A stretch of 64,000 nt of DNA from Candidatus Fimadaptatus sp. (GCA_050946055.1 JBMNUB010000002.1:97338-161337); one strand, 5' to 3'; counted from the first letter of the stretch, positions 51,396-61,045 are shown. Translations and numbers: made by a program. Notes: generated by a model from the letters alone, not told the origin.

Positions 51396-52208
51396 ATGCG
51401 CATAGAACACTGCTCGGATGCTGAGGAACGCTTTGTCGGGCTGCGGCTTCGCGTGTTCGATAGCGGGCTGGCGCATTTGGATGACGAGTGGGATCTGCGC
51501 GACGTGCGCTCGCCATATACGCGGCTGTACTTCGTGTACTCGGGCGAAGGGGTGATATGCACGCATTCGGGCGAGCGGATGCTGCGCGCGGGTCATATGT
51601 ACCTTGTGCCGAGCGGGCTGAAGTTTGACTGCCGCTGCGGGGGCGCTCTGGAGAAGCTGTACATACATGTGGCGCTGGAGCTGCCGGATGGGTTTGACCT
51701 GCTGGGCGGCTTTGCGGATGCGCTGGAGCTGGAACTGCCGGGGGCGCTGGGTGACTCGTTGCGCGCGGCGTATGGCGGCGGCGATATAGGTTCGGCGCTT
51801 GCGCTCAAGAGCGGCGTATATGCGGCTCTTGCGGCGTTCATGGCCGAGTATGGCGCGCAGCTGCACCCGGTTAGCAGCTATTCGCCGCTGACGCACGCCG
51901 CGTTTAAGCTGATAAAGCGCGAGCTAAGCTCCAACCTGACGCTCAAGGACATCGCCGGTACGCTGAACATAAATCCCAGCACGCTGGGCAAGCGCTTCCG
52001 CGCCGAGACCGGCCAGTCGATGAGCAGCTACATAGACAGCCTGCTGATGCAGAAGCTCCAGCGCAGACTGCTCTCGGGCGACGCTACGCTGTCTGAGATA
52101 TCCGACGAGTTGGGCTTTTGCGACCAGTTCTACATGTCGCGCTACTTCAAGAAGCGTCAGGGCGAGACGCCCAGCGCGTACAGAAGGCGGCTGGGCGGCG
52201 CGGTGTAG
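51396..52208 (+). CDS. AraC-family transcriptional regulator (cupin N-domain plus HTH)
   Basis: C-terminal AraC HTH pair (LTLKDIAGTLNINPSTLGKRFR… and …ISDELGFCDQFYMSRYFKKRQGETPSAYRR). Divergent from the fucosidase gene. Confidence 0.85.
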   Translation: MRIEHCSDAEERFVGLRLRVFDSGLAHLDDEWDLRDVRSPYTRLYFVYSGEGVICTHSGERMLRAGHMYLVPSGLKFDCRCGGALEKLYIHVALELPDGFDLLGGFADALELELPGALGDSLRAAYGGGDIGSALALKSGVYAALAAFMAEYGAQLHPVSSYSPLTHAAFKLIKRELSSNLTLKDIAGTLNINPSTLGKRFRAETGQSMSSYIDSLLMQKLQRRLLSGDATLSEISDELGFCDQFYMSRYFKKRQGETPSAYRRRLGGAV

Positions 52209-52432
52209 AGCGCGACCGATGCATGCACGCTGCTGCTCGCATGCGCTCGGGCATGCGGGCTGCGAGGGTATGTCAATGCCGCTGGCATGCGTGCAGGGAT
52301 GCCGCCGCGCGCGCGTCGCGGCGTGGATTAATACAGCCTGCTCCATGATTTTACTTAAAGGGCTTTGACAGAAGCGCATAAAAATGATAACATTAAGTGT
52401 CAAATGTAAAATACTTTGGCGGAGGGATACTG

Positions 52433-53185
52433 ATGTCAGGACATAATAAATGGTCCACTATCAAGAACAAGAAGGCTAAGACCGACGCCCAGAAGGGCAA
52501 GATATTTACCAAGATAGGCCGCGAGATACTCATAGCTGTGCGCGAGGGCGGCGGCGCCGATCCGGCGACCAACGGCAAGCTGCGCGACGTTATAGCCAAG
52601 GCCAAGGCAAACAACATGCCTAACGATAACATCAACCGCTCCATACAGAAGGCTGCGGGCGAGGGCAACGCCGCCAACTACAAGGAGCTGACCTACGAAG
52701 GCTACGCGCCCGGCGGCGTGGCGGTGATACTGTCGGTCGTTACTGACAACATCAACCGTACCGCGTCCGAAGTGCGCCACCTGTTCGACAAGTTCGGCGG
52801 CCAGATGGGCGCAAACGGCTGCGTTAGCTGGATGTTCGACTTCAAGGGCGTAATCGAGCTGGAGATCCCCGCGGGCAAGGATGAGGATGACATAATGATG
52901 ATGGCTCTGGACGCGGGCGCGGAGGACGTGACCGTGGACGAGAACATCGCCACCGTCTACACCGATCCCGGCGAGTTCTCACAGGTTCGCGAGGCGCTGG
53001 AGAGCGCGGGACTTACCTTCCTGTCGGCTGACCGCACCATGCTGCCCAAGAACACCGTGGACATCACCGACCCCGAGATGGTGGAGAAGGTGCGCAAGCT
53101 GCTGGACGTCATGGAGGACGACGACGACGTTCAGGAGGTCTACCACAACGCCGTGCTTCCCGAGGAAGAGGAAGAAGATGACTAA
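52433..53185 (+). CDS. yebC: YebC/PmpR-family transcriptional regulatory protein
   Basis: Hallmark N-terminus SGHNKWSTIKNKKAKTDAQKGKIFTKIGREI and conserved C-terminal acidic tail. GGAGGGA RBS before the ATG at 52433 (track ORF starts at 52397). Confidence 0.9.
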   Translation: MSGHNKWSTIKNKKAKTDAQKGKIFTKIGREILIAVREGGGADPATNGKLRDVIAKAKANNMPNDNINRSIQKAAGEGNAANYKELTYEGYAPGGVAVILSVVTDNINRTASEVRHLFDKFGGQMGANGCVSWMFDFKGVIELEIPAGKDEDDIMMMALDAGAEDVTVDENIATVYTDPGEFSQVREALESAGLTFLSADRTMLPKNTVDITDPEMVEKVRKLLDVMEDDDDVQEVYHNAVLPEEEEEDD

Positions 53186-53195
53186 TATGCAGGCA

Positions 53196-53488
53196 GTGGA
53201 ACCCCGCGCCTGTGCGTCCGTCAGGTGACATCCTGACGGTCAACGCGCGCTGCGAGATATGGCGGCGCGCGTTTTAATGTGCGCGCAGGGAAGCGCACGG
53301 GTGCAAGCTCTGACCAATGCGGCATGCCCGGCTGCGGCAGAGTGGAACCCCGCGCCTGTGCGTCCGTCAGGTGACATCCTGACGGTCAACGCGCGCTGCG
53401 AGATATGGCGGCGCGCGTTTTAATGTGCGCGCAGGGAAGCGCACGGGTGCAAGCTCTGACCAATGCGGCATGCCCGGCTGCGGCAGAG
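53196..53488. repeat. Perfect tandem duplication of an about 148-bp unit downstream of yebC
   Basis: 53196-53340 and 53341-53488 are identical as read (AGTGGAACCCCGCGCCTGTGCGTCCGTCAGGTGACATCCTGACGGTC…GGCTGCGGCAGAG). Each unit has the hairpins CCGTCAGG/CCTGACGG and GCGCGC…GCGCGC. Confidence 0.9.
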
Positions 53489-53633
53489 GGTAATCGCCAA
53501 CTCTGATATGCAGCGCCATGCGCGGCATGCAGTGCGGCTGCGTGCGGCATGCGAAACGCAATGTTGAGATTGACATGCCATGGATGGTAGCATATAATGA
53601 TATCATCAAGAATGATCTGGGAGGCGTGTGCAT

Positions 53634-54398
53634 ATGAAGATGAAGCGGCTTGTGAGCGCGCTGCTGGCGGCATCACTGCTGGGCTGCGGCGCGGGCGCGC
53701 TGGCGGATGGATACAGGGACAGCGTGGACAAGGCCATAAGCGCCATTGAGGACGAGGGCGAGCGTCTGGATGCGCTGCTGGACATGAACGAATACATAGA
53801 CGGGCTGATAGCGGAGATGAGCCAGTCGCGCTACGACGTGCTTGAGCGCAACGACAAGGGCGAGGCCGTGGAGGCCATGCAGGAGCGCCTTGCAGAGCTT
53901 GGCTATTATGACGAGCGCGTGGACGGCAAGTTCGACAACGACACCGTGAAGTCGCTCAAGCAGTTCGAGAAGAAGAACGGGCTGGCAAACGACGGCGTAG
54001 CGTCGGCATATGATCAGGCGATACTGTTCTCCAGCGGCGCGATAAACAGCGAGGGCGAGCGCGCGGGCGGCAAGGCGGACGGCGCGGGCAGTCAGGATGC
54101 AAGCGAATACGAGGCGCTGGACTACGCCGTTTACGCGGAGGACACGGACGAATACGAGGGCCACAAGGTGCTGCTTGAGGGCGAGATAAAGCAGATGATG
54201 GACGGCGCTGTGCGCGTGGAAGTGGATGGCGGCGTGGTCTATGTGGACACAAGCGAGGCTGACATAGAGGGCATTACGGGCGGCGACAGCGTGACCATAC
54301 TGGCCGTGCTGGCGGGCGAATATGAGTACACCAATCTGGCTGGCAAAGAGAAGATTATACCCGCAGCCAAGGCGGATTCCATAGAGAAGAACGACTAA
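53634..54398 (+). CDS. Putative lipoprotein with a peptidoglycan-binding (PG_binding_1) domain
   Basis: Signal peptide with a lipobox-like LLGCGAG. PG-binding repeat (…AVEAMQERLAELGYYDERVDGKFDNDTVKSLKQFEKKNGLANDGVAS…). GGGAGG RBS. Confidence 0.7.
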   Translation: MKMKRLVSALLAASLLGCGAGALADGYRDSVDKAISAIEDEGERLDALLDMNEYIDGLIAEMSQSRYDVLERNDKGEAVEAMQERLAELGYYDERVDGKFDNDTVKSLKQFEKKNGLANDGVASAYDQAILFSSGAINSEGERAGGKADGAGSQDASEYEALDYAVYAEDTDEYEGHKVLLEGEIKQMMDGAVRVEVDGGVVYVDTSEADIEGITGGDSVTILAVLAGEYEYTNLAGKEKIIPAAKADSIEKND

Positions 54399-54469
54399 AC
54401 AGTCCAGCCGCTGCGGCATATGGCGATGGCCCGATGAACTGCGCGCAGCACGCTCACCGTTATGACGGA

Positions 54470-54745
54470 TTATCGCTCCCAAGAGGGCTAGCGGCCCTCT
54501 CGACTTCAATCGCGCCCGGCGACATGTGCGGCGGGCGCGATTGATTTTGCCATGGGAAATGGAATTTGCCAGAGTTAAAATATCTGCCTTGCAGTTTCCA
54601 TGTACGTAAGCCTGCAGGATTCCGGCGAAAGCCGGCAGGTGTGGCAGCGGCGGTGGAGGTTCTCCCGCGCCATGCTTGTCAAAAGACTTTCTGATAAGCT
54701 GAGCGAGCGCCCGGATAAGCATTGCTTGTCCGGGCGCTCGCTGCT
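54470..54745. repeat. Copy C of the roughly 300-bp hairpin-rich repeat element
   Basis: Homologous core (GGCCCTCTCGACTTCAATCGCGCCCGGCGACATGTGCGG…GGGAAATGGAATTTGCC…CCTTGCAGTTTCCA…CTTGTCAAAAGACTTTCTGATAAGCTGAG). Ends in the 13-bp-stem hairpin GCGAGCGCCCGGA…TCCGGGCGCTCGC. Lies between convergent genes. Confidence 0.85.
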
Positions 54746-54782
54746 ATTACGTAGCAAATGCACTCAGCGTGAGCGCGCCACA

Positions 54783-55676
54783 TCAACCCTTTATCGAGCC
54801 GACCATGACGCCCTTTACGAAGTAGCGCTGCAGGAAGGGGTACACGATCAGTATCGGCACGGTGGCCACGATTATCGTGCAGTACTTGACCAGCATGCGG
54901 AACTGCTCCTGCTGGCTCTGGCCGACCGAGCCGACCTGAGTCATGGAGGAGGTGTCGTTCTTGAGCAGTATCTCGCGCAGCACCAGCTGCAGCGGGTACT
55001 TTTCCTTGCTGGACAGGAATATCGAGGGATTGAACCAGTTGTTCCACCAGTACACCGCATAGAACAGCGCTATGACGGCTATGGTCGCCTGAGCCAGCGG
55101 GAAGAATATGCGCCAGAGTATGGTCCAGTCGTTGGCACCGTCCAGTCGCGCCGATTCCTCCAGGCTGTCGGGTATGCCCGCAAAGGCCGTGCGCATGACT
55201 ATCAGGTTCCATGTGTTGACCAGCACCGGCATGATTATTCCGGAATAGGTATCCAGCAGGTTCATGCTTTTGACCATCAGGTAGAAGGGTATGAGTCCGC
55301 CCGCGAAGTACATCGTGAAGGCGATCATCTTCATTATCTTGGCGTTCCAGTAGCAGTCCTTGCGGCTGAGTCCGTAGGCGGCCATGGTGGTTATGGCCAT
55401 GTTGAGGAAGGTACCTACGCCCAGATATATGAGAGTGTTGCGGAAGCCATTGGGTATGTTGGGGTTTTCCATGACCAGCTGATAGCCGCGCACGTTCCAC
55501 TCGCCCAAGGGCCATATCATTATGCCGCGCTGCATGTACAGAAGCACGGGGTCGCTTATCGACGATACCAGCACATACCAGAGGGGATATATGCAGATAA
55601 GGCACAGAATCGTCATGAATATGTAGTTAAATACCGCAAAGGCTTTTTCGCCGCGCGTTCTGAGTTCGTTTGCCAT
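54783..55676 (-). CDS. Carbohydrate ABC transporter permease (LplC/YtcP-like)
   Basis: Six-TM permease with an EAA-like loop (…EESARLDGANDWTILWRIFFPLA…). AAAGGAGGG RBS. Confidence 0.85.
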   Translation of the reverse strand: MANELRTRGEKAFAVFNYIFMTILCLICIYPLWYVLVSSISDPVLLYMQRGIMIWPLGEWNVRGYQLVMENPNIPNGFRNTLIYLGVGTFLNMAITTMAAYGLSRKDCYWNAKIMKMIAFTMYFAGGLIPFYLMVKSMNLLDTYSGIIMPVLVNTWNLIVMRTAFAGIPDSLEESARLDGANDWTILWRIFFPLAQATIAVIALFYAVYWWNNWFNPSIFLSSKEKYPLQLVLREILLKNDTSSMTQVGSVGQSQQEQFRMLVKYCTIIVATVPILIVYPFLQRYFVKGVMVGSIKG

Positions 55677-55692
55677 GTCGCATATCCCTCCT

Positions 55693-57153
55693 TTACCACA
55701 GACTGTTCTCGGTCAGTATGGAGCTCATCTTGTTGGCGAATATGACCAGCAGGAAGTTGATGACCGAGTTGAAGAGGCTGACCGCGGTGGAGAAGCTGAA
55801 GTTGGCCTCCACTATGCCCTTGCGATAAACGTAAGTGGACACTACATCCGCAGTCTCATAAGTCAGGCCGTTGTACAGAAGGATTATCTTCTCGTAGCCA
55901 ACGCCCATCATGGAGCCTATGCGCAGTATGAGCAGTATGGATATCGTGGGCAGTATGCCGGGCAGGGTAACGTGTATGACCTGCTTGAACTTGCCCGCGC
56001 CGTCTATCGTAGCGGCCTCGTACTGCTCCTGATCTATGCCGGCAAGGGCGGAGAGATAGATTATCGAATCCCAGCCCAGCTTCTGCCATATCTCAGAGCC
56101 TACGTAAACAGTGCGGAAGTACTTGGAATCGCCCAGCAGATTCGCCGGCTCAGCCACGCCAAACAGGCGCTGTATCTCGCCGAACAGACCGGAGCTTGTG
56201 CAGAAATCGACCAATATACCGCACAGCACTACCAGCGATATGAAGTAGGGCATGTAGGTGATGGTCTGCACTACGCGCTTGAACTTTACATTGCGCATCT
56301 CGTTTAGCATCAGCGCCAGTATTATCGGGGCGGGGAAGCCAAACAGCAGATTGTAGAAGCTTATCAGCAGCGTGTTGCGTATCGTGCGCCATGCATAGGC
56401 GCTGCGGAAGAAGTCGCGGAACCACTGCAGGCCCACCCACTTGCTGCCGAATACGCCCTTTTTGGGAGAGAAGTCGTTGAAGGCGATGATTATGCCGTAC
56501 ATGGGGCCGTAGCACCAGACGAGGTAGAACAGCACGGCGGGCAGTATCATAAGGTATACCGGCCAATGGCGCTTGAAGTCGCGCGCGATTATCTGGCGGG
56601 TGGTAAGCACCTTGTAGCCGCCGGGTATGTTGGCGCTTGCATATATGCGATCCAGCTCCTGCCGGCGCAGCGTCATGGAGCGGGAGGACTTGTGGTATAT
56701 GACGACGCCTATGTTAAGCACCGCAAGCACCAGCCCCACATACCAGCCCGCGCCGAAGCTCAGCGCGTCGGCATTCAGCGCAAACTCGGCCTTGGCCTGA
56801 AACGTTATGTCAAAGCGCAGCATGGCTATGCATACGGCCATAAACAGCGAACTTATTATCGAATGGATGAACTTGTCCGGCATGAAGAGCGCAGACGCCA
56901 TGCCGTATATGCCAAATATCAGCGTACCTATGACCAGTGGATGCGGCACACCGGCGGATTTGCCCTGGGTGGCACCCATAAGCATGTCTATGCCGCTCAG
57001 TACAACGGGTTCTTCGGTCTTGTAGTGCTGCCCGGTTACCAGCGTCATAAACAGGCTGGCTATGGTCAGCAGGCATAGCGCGGCTATTACGAACCTGAGC
57101 TTATCCGTGGACGCAGTGCGCGCGCTGCCCTCGGGTCTGGATGCTACCGTCAT
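55693..57153 (-). CDS. Carbohydrate ABC transporter permease (LplB-like) with an atypical N-terminal extension of about 160 aa and four TM helices
   Basis: C-terminal 320 aa is a canonical LplB permease (WPVYLMILPAVLFYLVWCYGPMYGIIIAFNDF…). In-frame N-terminal 160 aa carry four hydrophobic helices. SD (CAGGAG) found only before the extended start; none before the internal Met at about 56676. Confidence 0.75.
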   Translation of the reverse strand: MTVASRPEGSARTASTDKLRFVIAALCLLTIASLFMTLVTGQHYKTEEPVVLSGIDMLMGATQGKSAGVPHPLVIGTLIFGIYGMASALFMPDKFIHSIISSLFMAVCIAMLRFDITFQAKAEFALNADALSFGAGWYVGLVLAVLNIGVVIYHKSSRSMTLRRQELDRIYASANIPGGYKVLTTRQIIARDFKRHWPVYLMILPAVLFYLVWCYGPMYGIIIAFNDFSPKKGVFGSKWVGLQWFRDFFRSAYAWRTIRNTLLISFYNLLFGFPAPIILALMLNEMRNVKFKRVVQTITYMPYFISLVVLCGILVDFCTSSGLFGEIQRLFGVAEPANLLGDSKYFRTVYVGSEIWQKLGWDSIIYLSALAGIDQEQYEAATIDGAGKFKQVIHVTLPGILPTISILLILRIGSMMGVGYEKIILLYNGLTYETADVVSTYVYRKGIVEANFSFSTAVSLFNSVINFLLVIFANKMSSILTENSLW

Positions 57154-57271
57154 GATGTATCAACTCCTGTCGCATGTCATATCGGAGCGCGTTGCTCCTG
57201 ATATGTTTTGCCGGGCGAAGGGAATCCCCCGCCCGGCAAAGTATCCGATGTCTTAGCGAATGACTTAATTA

Positions 57272-58873
57272 TCAGCGCGCCAGGTAGCGGTCGAGGGCAT
57301 CCTGCTTTATCTGGATGGCATCCTCTATGCCCTGAGACTGGATCTGCTCGACGAAGGCGTCGAAGTTCTCCAGAGACTCCTGACCCGTGATGAACTTGAA
57401 GGTCATTTCCTCGCGATAGGTGTCGATGTCGGTCATTATGCGGTTGAGCTCCTGAGTCTCATCGGCGGTCTCGGCGATCATGGGCATGTACCAGTCGGCT
57501 CCGTCCTGACCCCAAGCGCCTATGCACTGCCATACCTCGGGCTGCATCTCATAAGCGGTCGAGTCGCGCAGATAGCCCCAGTTGTGCAGCTTGAACAGCG
57601 GGTAAACGGTCCAGAAGTCCTTGTCGCTGCCCTTGGAGGTAACGCCGGTCTCCTCGTATATCCACTCCAGAGTCTCGTCGCCGTCGCCGGCATCGTTCCA
57701 CTTGTAGCTCACGCCCTCGGGGCCGTAGGAGCACAGGTCGCCGCCGCTCTGGCTGTACCAGTAGTCCTTCCAGCGGATGACGGTCTCAACTATGCCCTCA
57801 TCCACGGCGCGGGTGGTCAGCACGTCGTAGTCGGTGCGGACGATGGAGTCATACTGACGCAGATGAGTTACCTGCCCCTCGGTCAGGACGGGCATGCGCA
57901 CGGCGGTCAGCTTGTACTCGGGGTTGTTGTTCATGCCGGAAACCTTGGCCTGACCTATCTCGCCGTAAGCAGAGCCGAAAGCGCCGTAGGTGCCGTCAGC
58001 CATCTTGGCCTGATAGTCGGAGTCGGTTATGGTGGCGAAGTCGGGGTCGAGTATGCCGTCGGCATACCAGCCGTTGAGCAGGGTCAGGAAATCCTTGTAA
58101 CCGGGCTCCAGCGGGCCGTAGGTAGCGGTCTTGCCGTCCTTGGCAAACCAGCTGTATGCGGCATCATAGGTAGCGGCGAAGGCGTAGTTGGTGGCAACGC
58201 CGTACCACTTGGTTATGTTAAGACCCAGCTGGGTGCCGAACTGCTCCTTGAAGGTGCGCAGCATCTTGTCCCAATCGTCTATGGTCACCGGGACGTCCAG
58301 ACCGGCCTTGTCCAGCAGATCCTGACGTACCCACAGGCCGGACCACGGGCTGGAGGGAACGTAGTCCAGCATGTGCCACTTTATCATGGCGCCGGAGTCC
58401 ATTATGGAATCGACAGCTATCTCGTGATAGGTGTCGCGCAGGTACTTGAGGTTGGGGGCAAAGCCCTGCTCGTAGTACTCGCTGTAATCCAGATACACGC
58501 CGTCCTCAACGGCCTTCTCAACGCCGCCCTTGTAATCCGGCGGGGTGGAGAACATGTGGGGCAGATCGCCGGAAGCGCAGCGCAGGTTGAAGTTATCGGT
58601 CTCGGAGCCTACCGGCGGGTACACCCAGTCTACCTTGATGCCGGTGCGCTTTTCCATTTCCTTAAAGGTCTCGCAGTCGGCCAGCGTCTCCATAACGGTG
58701 GAGGAGAAGCCGCGCCATACCTGTATGGTGATGGGTTCGGAGGATATCGGCAGTTCGGTCAGGTCAGTTCCAAAGTGCTGGCGATGTATCGTGCCAAGCT
58801 CTTCGGCAAAAGCTACGCCGGACATCACCATCATGGTAGCCAGCAGCACGCAAAGGATCTTGGAAAACCGTTT
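57272..58873 (-). CDS. Extracellular solute-binding protein, large family-1 (LplA-like), of the sugar ABC transporter
   Basis: Signal peptide MKRFSKILCVLLATMMVMSGVAFA; 530-aa SBP typical of LplA-type oligosaccharide binders. CAGGAGGG RBS before the ATG at 58873 (track ORF starts at 58960). Confidence 0.85.
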   Translation of the reverse strand, partial: KRFSKILCVLLATMMVMSGVAFAEELGTIHRQHFGTDLTELPISSEPITIQVWRGFSSTVMETLADCETFKEMEKRTGIKVDWVYPPVGSETDNFNLRCASGDLPHMFSTPPDYKGGVEKAVEDGVYLDYSEYYEQGFAPNLKYLRDTYHEIAVDSIMDSGAMIKWHMLDYVPSSPWSGLWVRQDLLDKAGLDVPVTIDDWDKMLRTFKEQFGTQLGLNITKWYGVATNYAFAATYDAAYSWFAKDGKTATYGPLEPGYKDFLTLLNGWYADGILDPDFATITDSDYQAKMADGTYGAFGSAYGEIGQAKVSGMNNNPEYKLTAVRMPVLTEGQVTHLRQYDSIVRTDYDVLTTRAVDEGIVETVIRWKDYWYSQSGGDLCSYGPEGVSYKWNDAGDGDETLEWIYEETGVTSKGSDKDFWTVYPLFKLHNWGYLRDSTAYEMQPEVWQCIGAWGQDGADWYMPMIAETADETQELNRIMTDIDTYREEMTFKFITGQESLENFDAFVEQIQSQGIEDAIQIKQDALDRYLAR

Positions 58874-59283
58874 CATAATATCCCTCCTGCTTGTCGTTGT
58901 ACACACCGCAGCGACGCGCCGCAATCGGCACGCTTCAGAGTGCGGCCCTCTGCCTGACACAATGTTTAGCAGGCGTTAATATGATGCGAATCTACAAAAA
59001 CGCCAACTTGACGATATAGCAACCATTTGCGAACGAATACAAAATATTGCGGCACAAATTGGTCTATATATCCGAGCTGATAACATCGTGTCAGGTATTA
59101 TATTATTAATATACAGCAGAAACTCACATATGTAAATGAACTTATCGGCACGAGGGATGCATGTTTCGGCAAAGATGAGCAAAATAGAGTAAAAATGTAT
59201 TGAATCAAATGCACTGGCAAGTTAACGTGCGCATGCGCTAAAGGCGCCGGTAAAAAACATTTGCAAAAAAGCGGAAAAGGGTA

Positions 59284-59313
59284 TTGACAGAATGCCCTCA
59301 TCGGTGCTATAAT
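59284..59313 (+). promoter_or_regulatory. Near-consensus sigma-A promoter driving the tRNA-Ser pair
   Basis: TTGACA, 18 nt spacer, then TATAAT; the first tRNA begins about 45 nt downstream. Confidence 0.7.
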
Positions 59314-59358
59314 AAACAAGCACGCACGAAAGTGATGCGAGCCGTAAGTAAGCCATCC

Positions 59359-59447
59359 GGAGAGATGTCCGAGCGGTTTATGGAGCTAGTCTTGAAAACT
59401 AGTGATGCTTAACGGCACCGGGGGTTCGAATCCCTCTCTCTCCGCTT
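59359..59447 (+). tRNA. tRNA-Ser (anticodon TGA)
   Basis: Acceptor stem GGAGAGA/TCTCTCC. Anticodon stem CTAGT/ACTAG with loop CTTGAAA. Long type-II variable arm. T-loop GTTCGAATC. Confidence 0.85.
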
Positions 59448-59485
59448 TACTTTTTCTGTGCGAAGCGCAATGTGTTTTTCGGCTT

Positions 59486-59577
59486 GGAGAAGTACCCAAG
59501 AGGCCGAAGGGGCTCCCCTGCTAAGGGAGTAGTGTGCGATAAGCGCAGCCCGGGTTCAAATCCCGGCTTCTCCGCCA
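59486..59577 (+). tRNA. tRNA-Ser (anticodon GCT), encoded CCA
   Basis: Acceptor stem GGAGAAG/CTTCTCC. Anticodon stem CTCCC/GGGAG with loop CTGCTAA. Long variable arm. T-arm CCGGG-TTCAAAT-CCCGG. 3' GCCA. Confidence 0.85.
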
Positions 59578-59580
59578 TTT

Positions 59581-59616
59581 AAGGACTGAAACAGATGTTT
59601 CAGTCCTTTTTATTTT
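59581..59616 (+). terminator. Rho-independent terminator after the tRNA pair
   Basis: AGGACTGAAAC, loop AGAT, GTTTCAGTCCT, then TTTTTATTTT. Confidence 0.85.
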
Positions 59617-60158
59617 AGACCATGTCAGGAAAAGGCGCAAAACGCGCCTGCTGCACAAATAAAAATCCCGGCGGCTGACACGCTGCTGCCAGTATACCAC
59701 AGGTTTCATTTTTCGTGGAGTCTGATTCTATGGCGTGGATATTTTGGGATTTACACCTTGCCATAATGTACAGACCAATCCATATCGGCACATATGCAGC
59801 TTTCCGATATAATCTAACCATGGCACCATTGCAGCGCTGCTGAAAGCTTGCTCAGTCGATATCGCGGTATAATGCGCGCCATGGGCATTATGAGCGCAAG
59901 CAGTGCGGACTTCGCGCGGCACGCGATACATGGGCAGCTGCACATCGATGCATATCCACCATTGCAATATATACCGCAAAAGCTAAACCATATCAGCGAG
60001 CAAAAGCCACATGAGCCGGAGCGCGGTTGCGCTTTGACAAACGCCGCGCGCGCAAATAGCAGTCAGGCAGCGTTTGAATCAGCGGCCGCGCGTACTTGCA
60101 TGGCCGCAGCGATATGATGCCACCCATAACAGACAACGCGCACATCAAAAGCCAACTG

Positions 60159-60187
60159 TTGACAAGTAAACTTGGCAGGAGTATAAT
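60159..60187 (+). promoter_or_regulatory. Consensus sigma-A promoter of the membrane-protein/XRE operon, flanked by 20-bp direct repeats (putative operator half-sites)
   Basis: TTGACA, 17 nt spacer, then TATAAT. GACAAGTAAACTTGGCAGGA lies between -35 and -10; GACAAGAAAACTTGGCAAGGA lies immediately downstream of -10. Confidence 0.65.
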
Positions 60188-60226
60188 GTGCCTGTGACAA
60201 GAAAACTTGGCAAGGAGGTGCGGCGG

Positions 60227-60559
60227 ATGAACAGGGAAGATATACTGAAGCTTAGCCGCGCAGAAAGCAAAGGGCGTTGCGATGAGCGCGAGGCCGTAGC
60301 GATAGGCAACGCTTCGCGCGCGGGCATGCGCGTGGGCGCGCTTCTGTGCGTGGCGCTGGCGTTTGTGGGCGGGCTGATGCATGCTCCTGCGGTCGGGAAT
60401 ATCGGATGGGCGCTGTACTTTGCCATGCAGGGCAGCGGCAATATGGCGATGTTCCGGACATTGGGAGAGCGGCGCAGCCTTGTATGGGGCGCAGTGGAGC
60501 TTGCATTTGCTGTGGCGTTTGCTGCATTGGCCATAGCGGGGAGCGCAGCGAGGCCATGA
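60227..60559 (+). CDS. Small membrane protein (about 110 aa, 3 TM) co-transcribed with the XRE regulator
   Basis: AGGAGG lies 7 nt before the ATG at 60227 (track ORF starts at 60188). Hydrophobic helices (VGALLCVALAFVGGL…; WALYFAMQ…; WGAVELAFAVAFAALAIAG). Stop overlaps the XRE start (ATGA). Confidence 0.65.
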   Translation: MNREDILKLSRAESKGRCDEREAVAIGNASRAGMRVGALLCVALAFVGGLMHAPAVGNIGWALYFAMQGSGNMAMFRTLGERRSLVWGAVELAFAVAFAALAIAGSAARP

Positions 60560-60771
60560 ATGAAAAGCTGATACTGAAGAACAATATCAAGGAGGCAAGG
60601 GGCGCGAAAGGGCTGTCACAGCAGCAGCTGGCCGGCATGGTGGGCGTATCGCGCAACACGATAAGCTCTATCGAGACCGGCCAGTTCAATCCGACCGCGA
60701 AGCTGGCGCTCATACTGTGCATAGCGCTGGACAAAAAGTTTGAGGAATTATTCTATTTTGAGGAGCTTTGA
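60556..60771 (+). CDS. XRE-family helix-turn-helix transcriptional regulator (71 aa)
   Basis: Cro/C1-type HTH (LSQQQLAGMVGVSRNTISSIETGQFNPT). Start overlaps the upstream stop. The track ORF 60346..60771 is an in-frame upstream extension. Confidence 0.8.
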   Translation: MNEKLILKNNIKEARGAKGLSQQQLAGMVGVSRNTISSIETGQFNPTAKLALILCIALDKKFEELFYFEEL

Positions 60772-60823
60772 GAGAGCAGGTGAGCGAATTATGGATGAGT
60801 AGACCATCGGCGTAGTCACTAAG

Positions 60824-61045
60824 GTGAGCAGGCAGTGGTACATCAAGGTAAACACCAAGCCCGTAAGGGGATTGGGTACGGATGGAGCAAAGCATCCGCA
60901 TGTGATAAGCATAAAGTATTCGGTAAATGGCAGGGAATATATAAAGCGAAAGTGGCTGGACGCATATCAGCCCGTGCCGCGCGTAGGCGACAGCGTGCGG
61001 ATAGCGTACTTAAAGGACAAGCCGTCAAAGGCCAGGGTGCTTTGA
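60824..61045 (+). CDS. Small hypothetical protein (73 aa)
   Basis: GTG-initiated ORF with a weak RBS and no recognisable domain. Confidence 0.3.
   Translation: MSRQWYIKVNTKPVRGLGTDGAKHPHVISIKYSVNGREYIKRKWLDAYQPVPRVGDSVRIAYLKDKPSKARVL

Noticed and set aside
59615-60382. ORFs in the roughly 550-bp spacer after the tRNA terminator (59615..59821-, 59728..59979-, 59848..60117+, 59993..60382-)
   Set aside because: Short, with no RBS and low-complexity translations. The region reads as non-coding promoter or spacer DNA.
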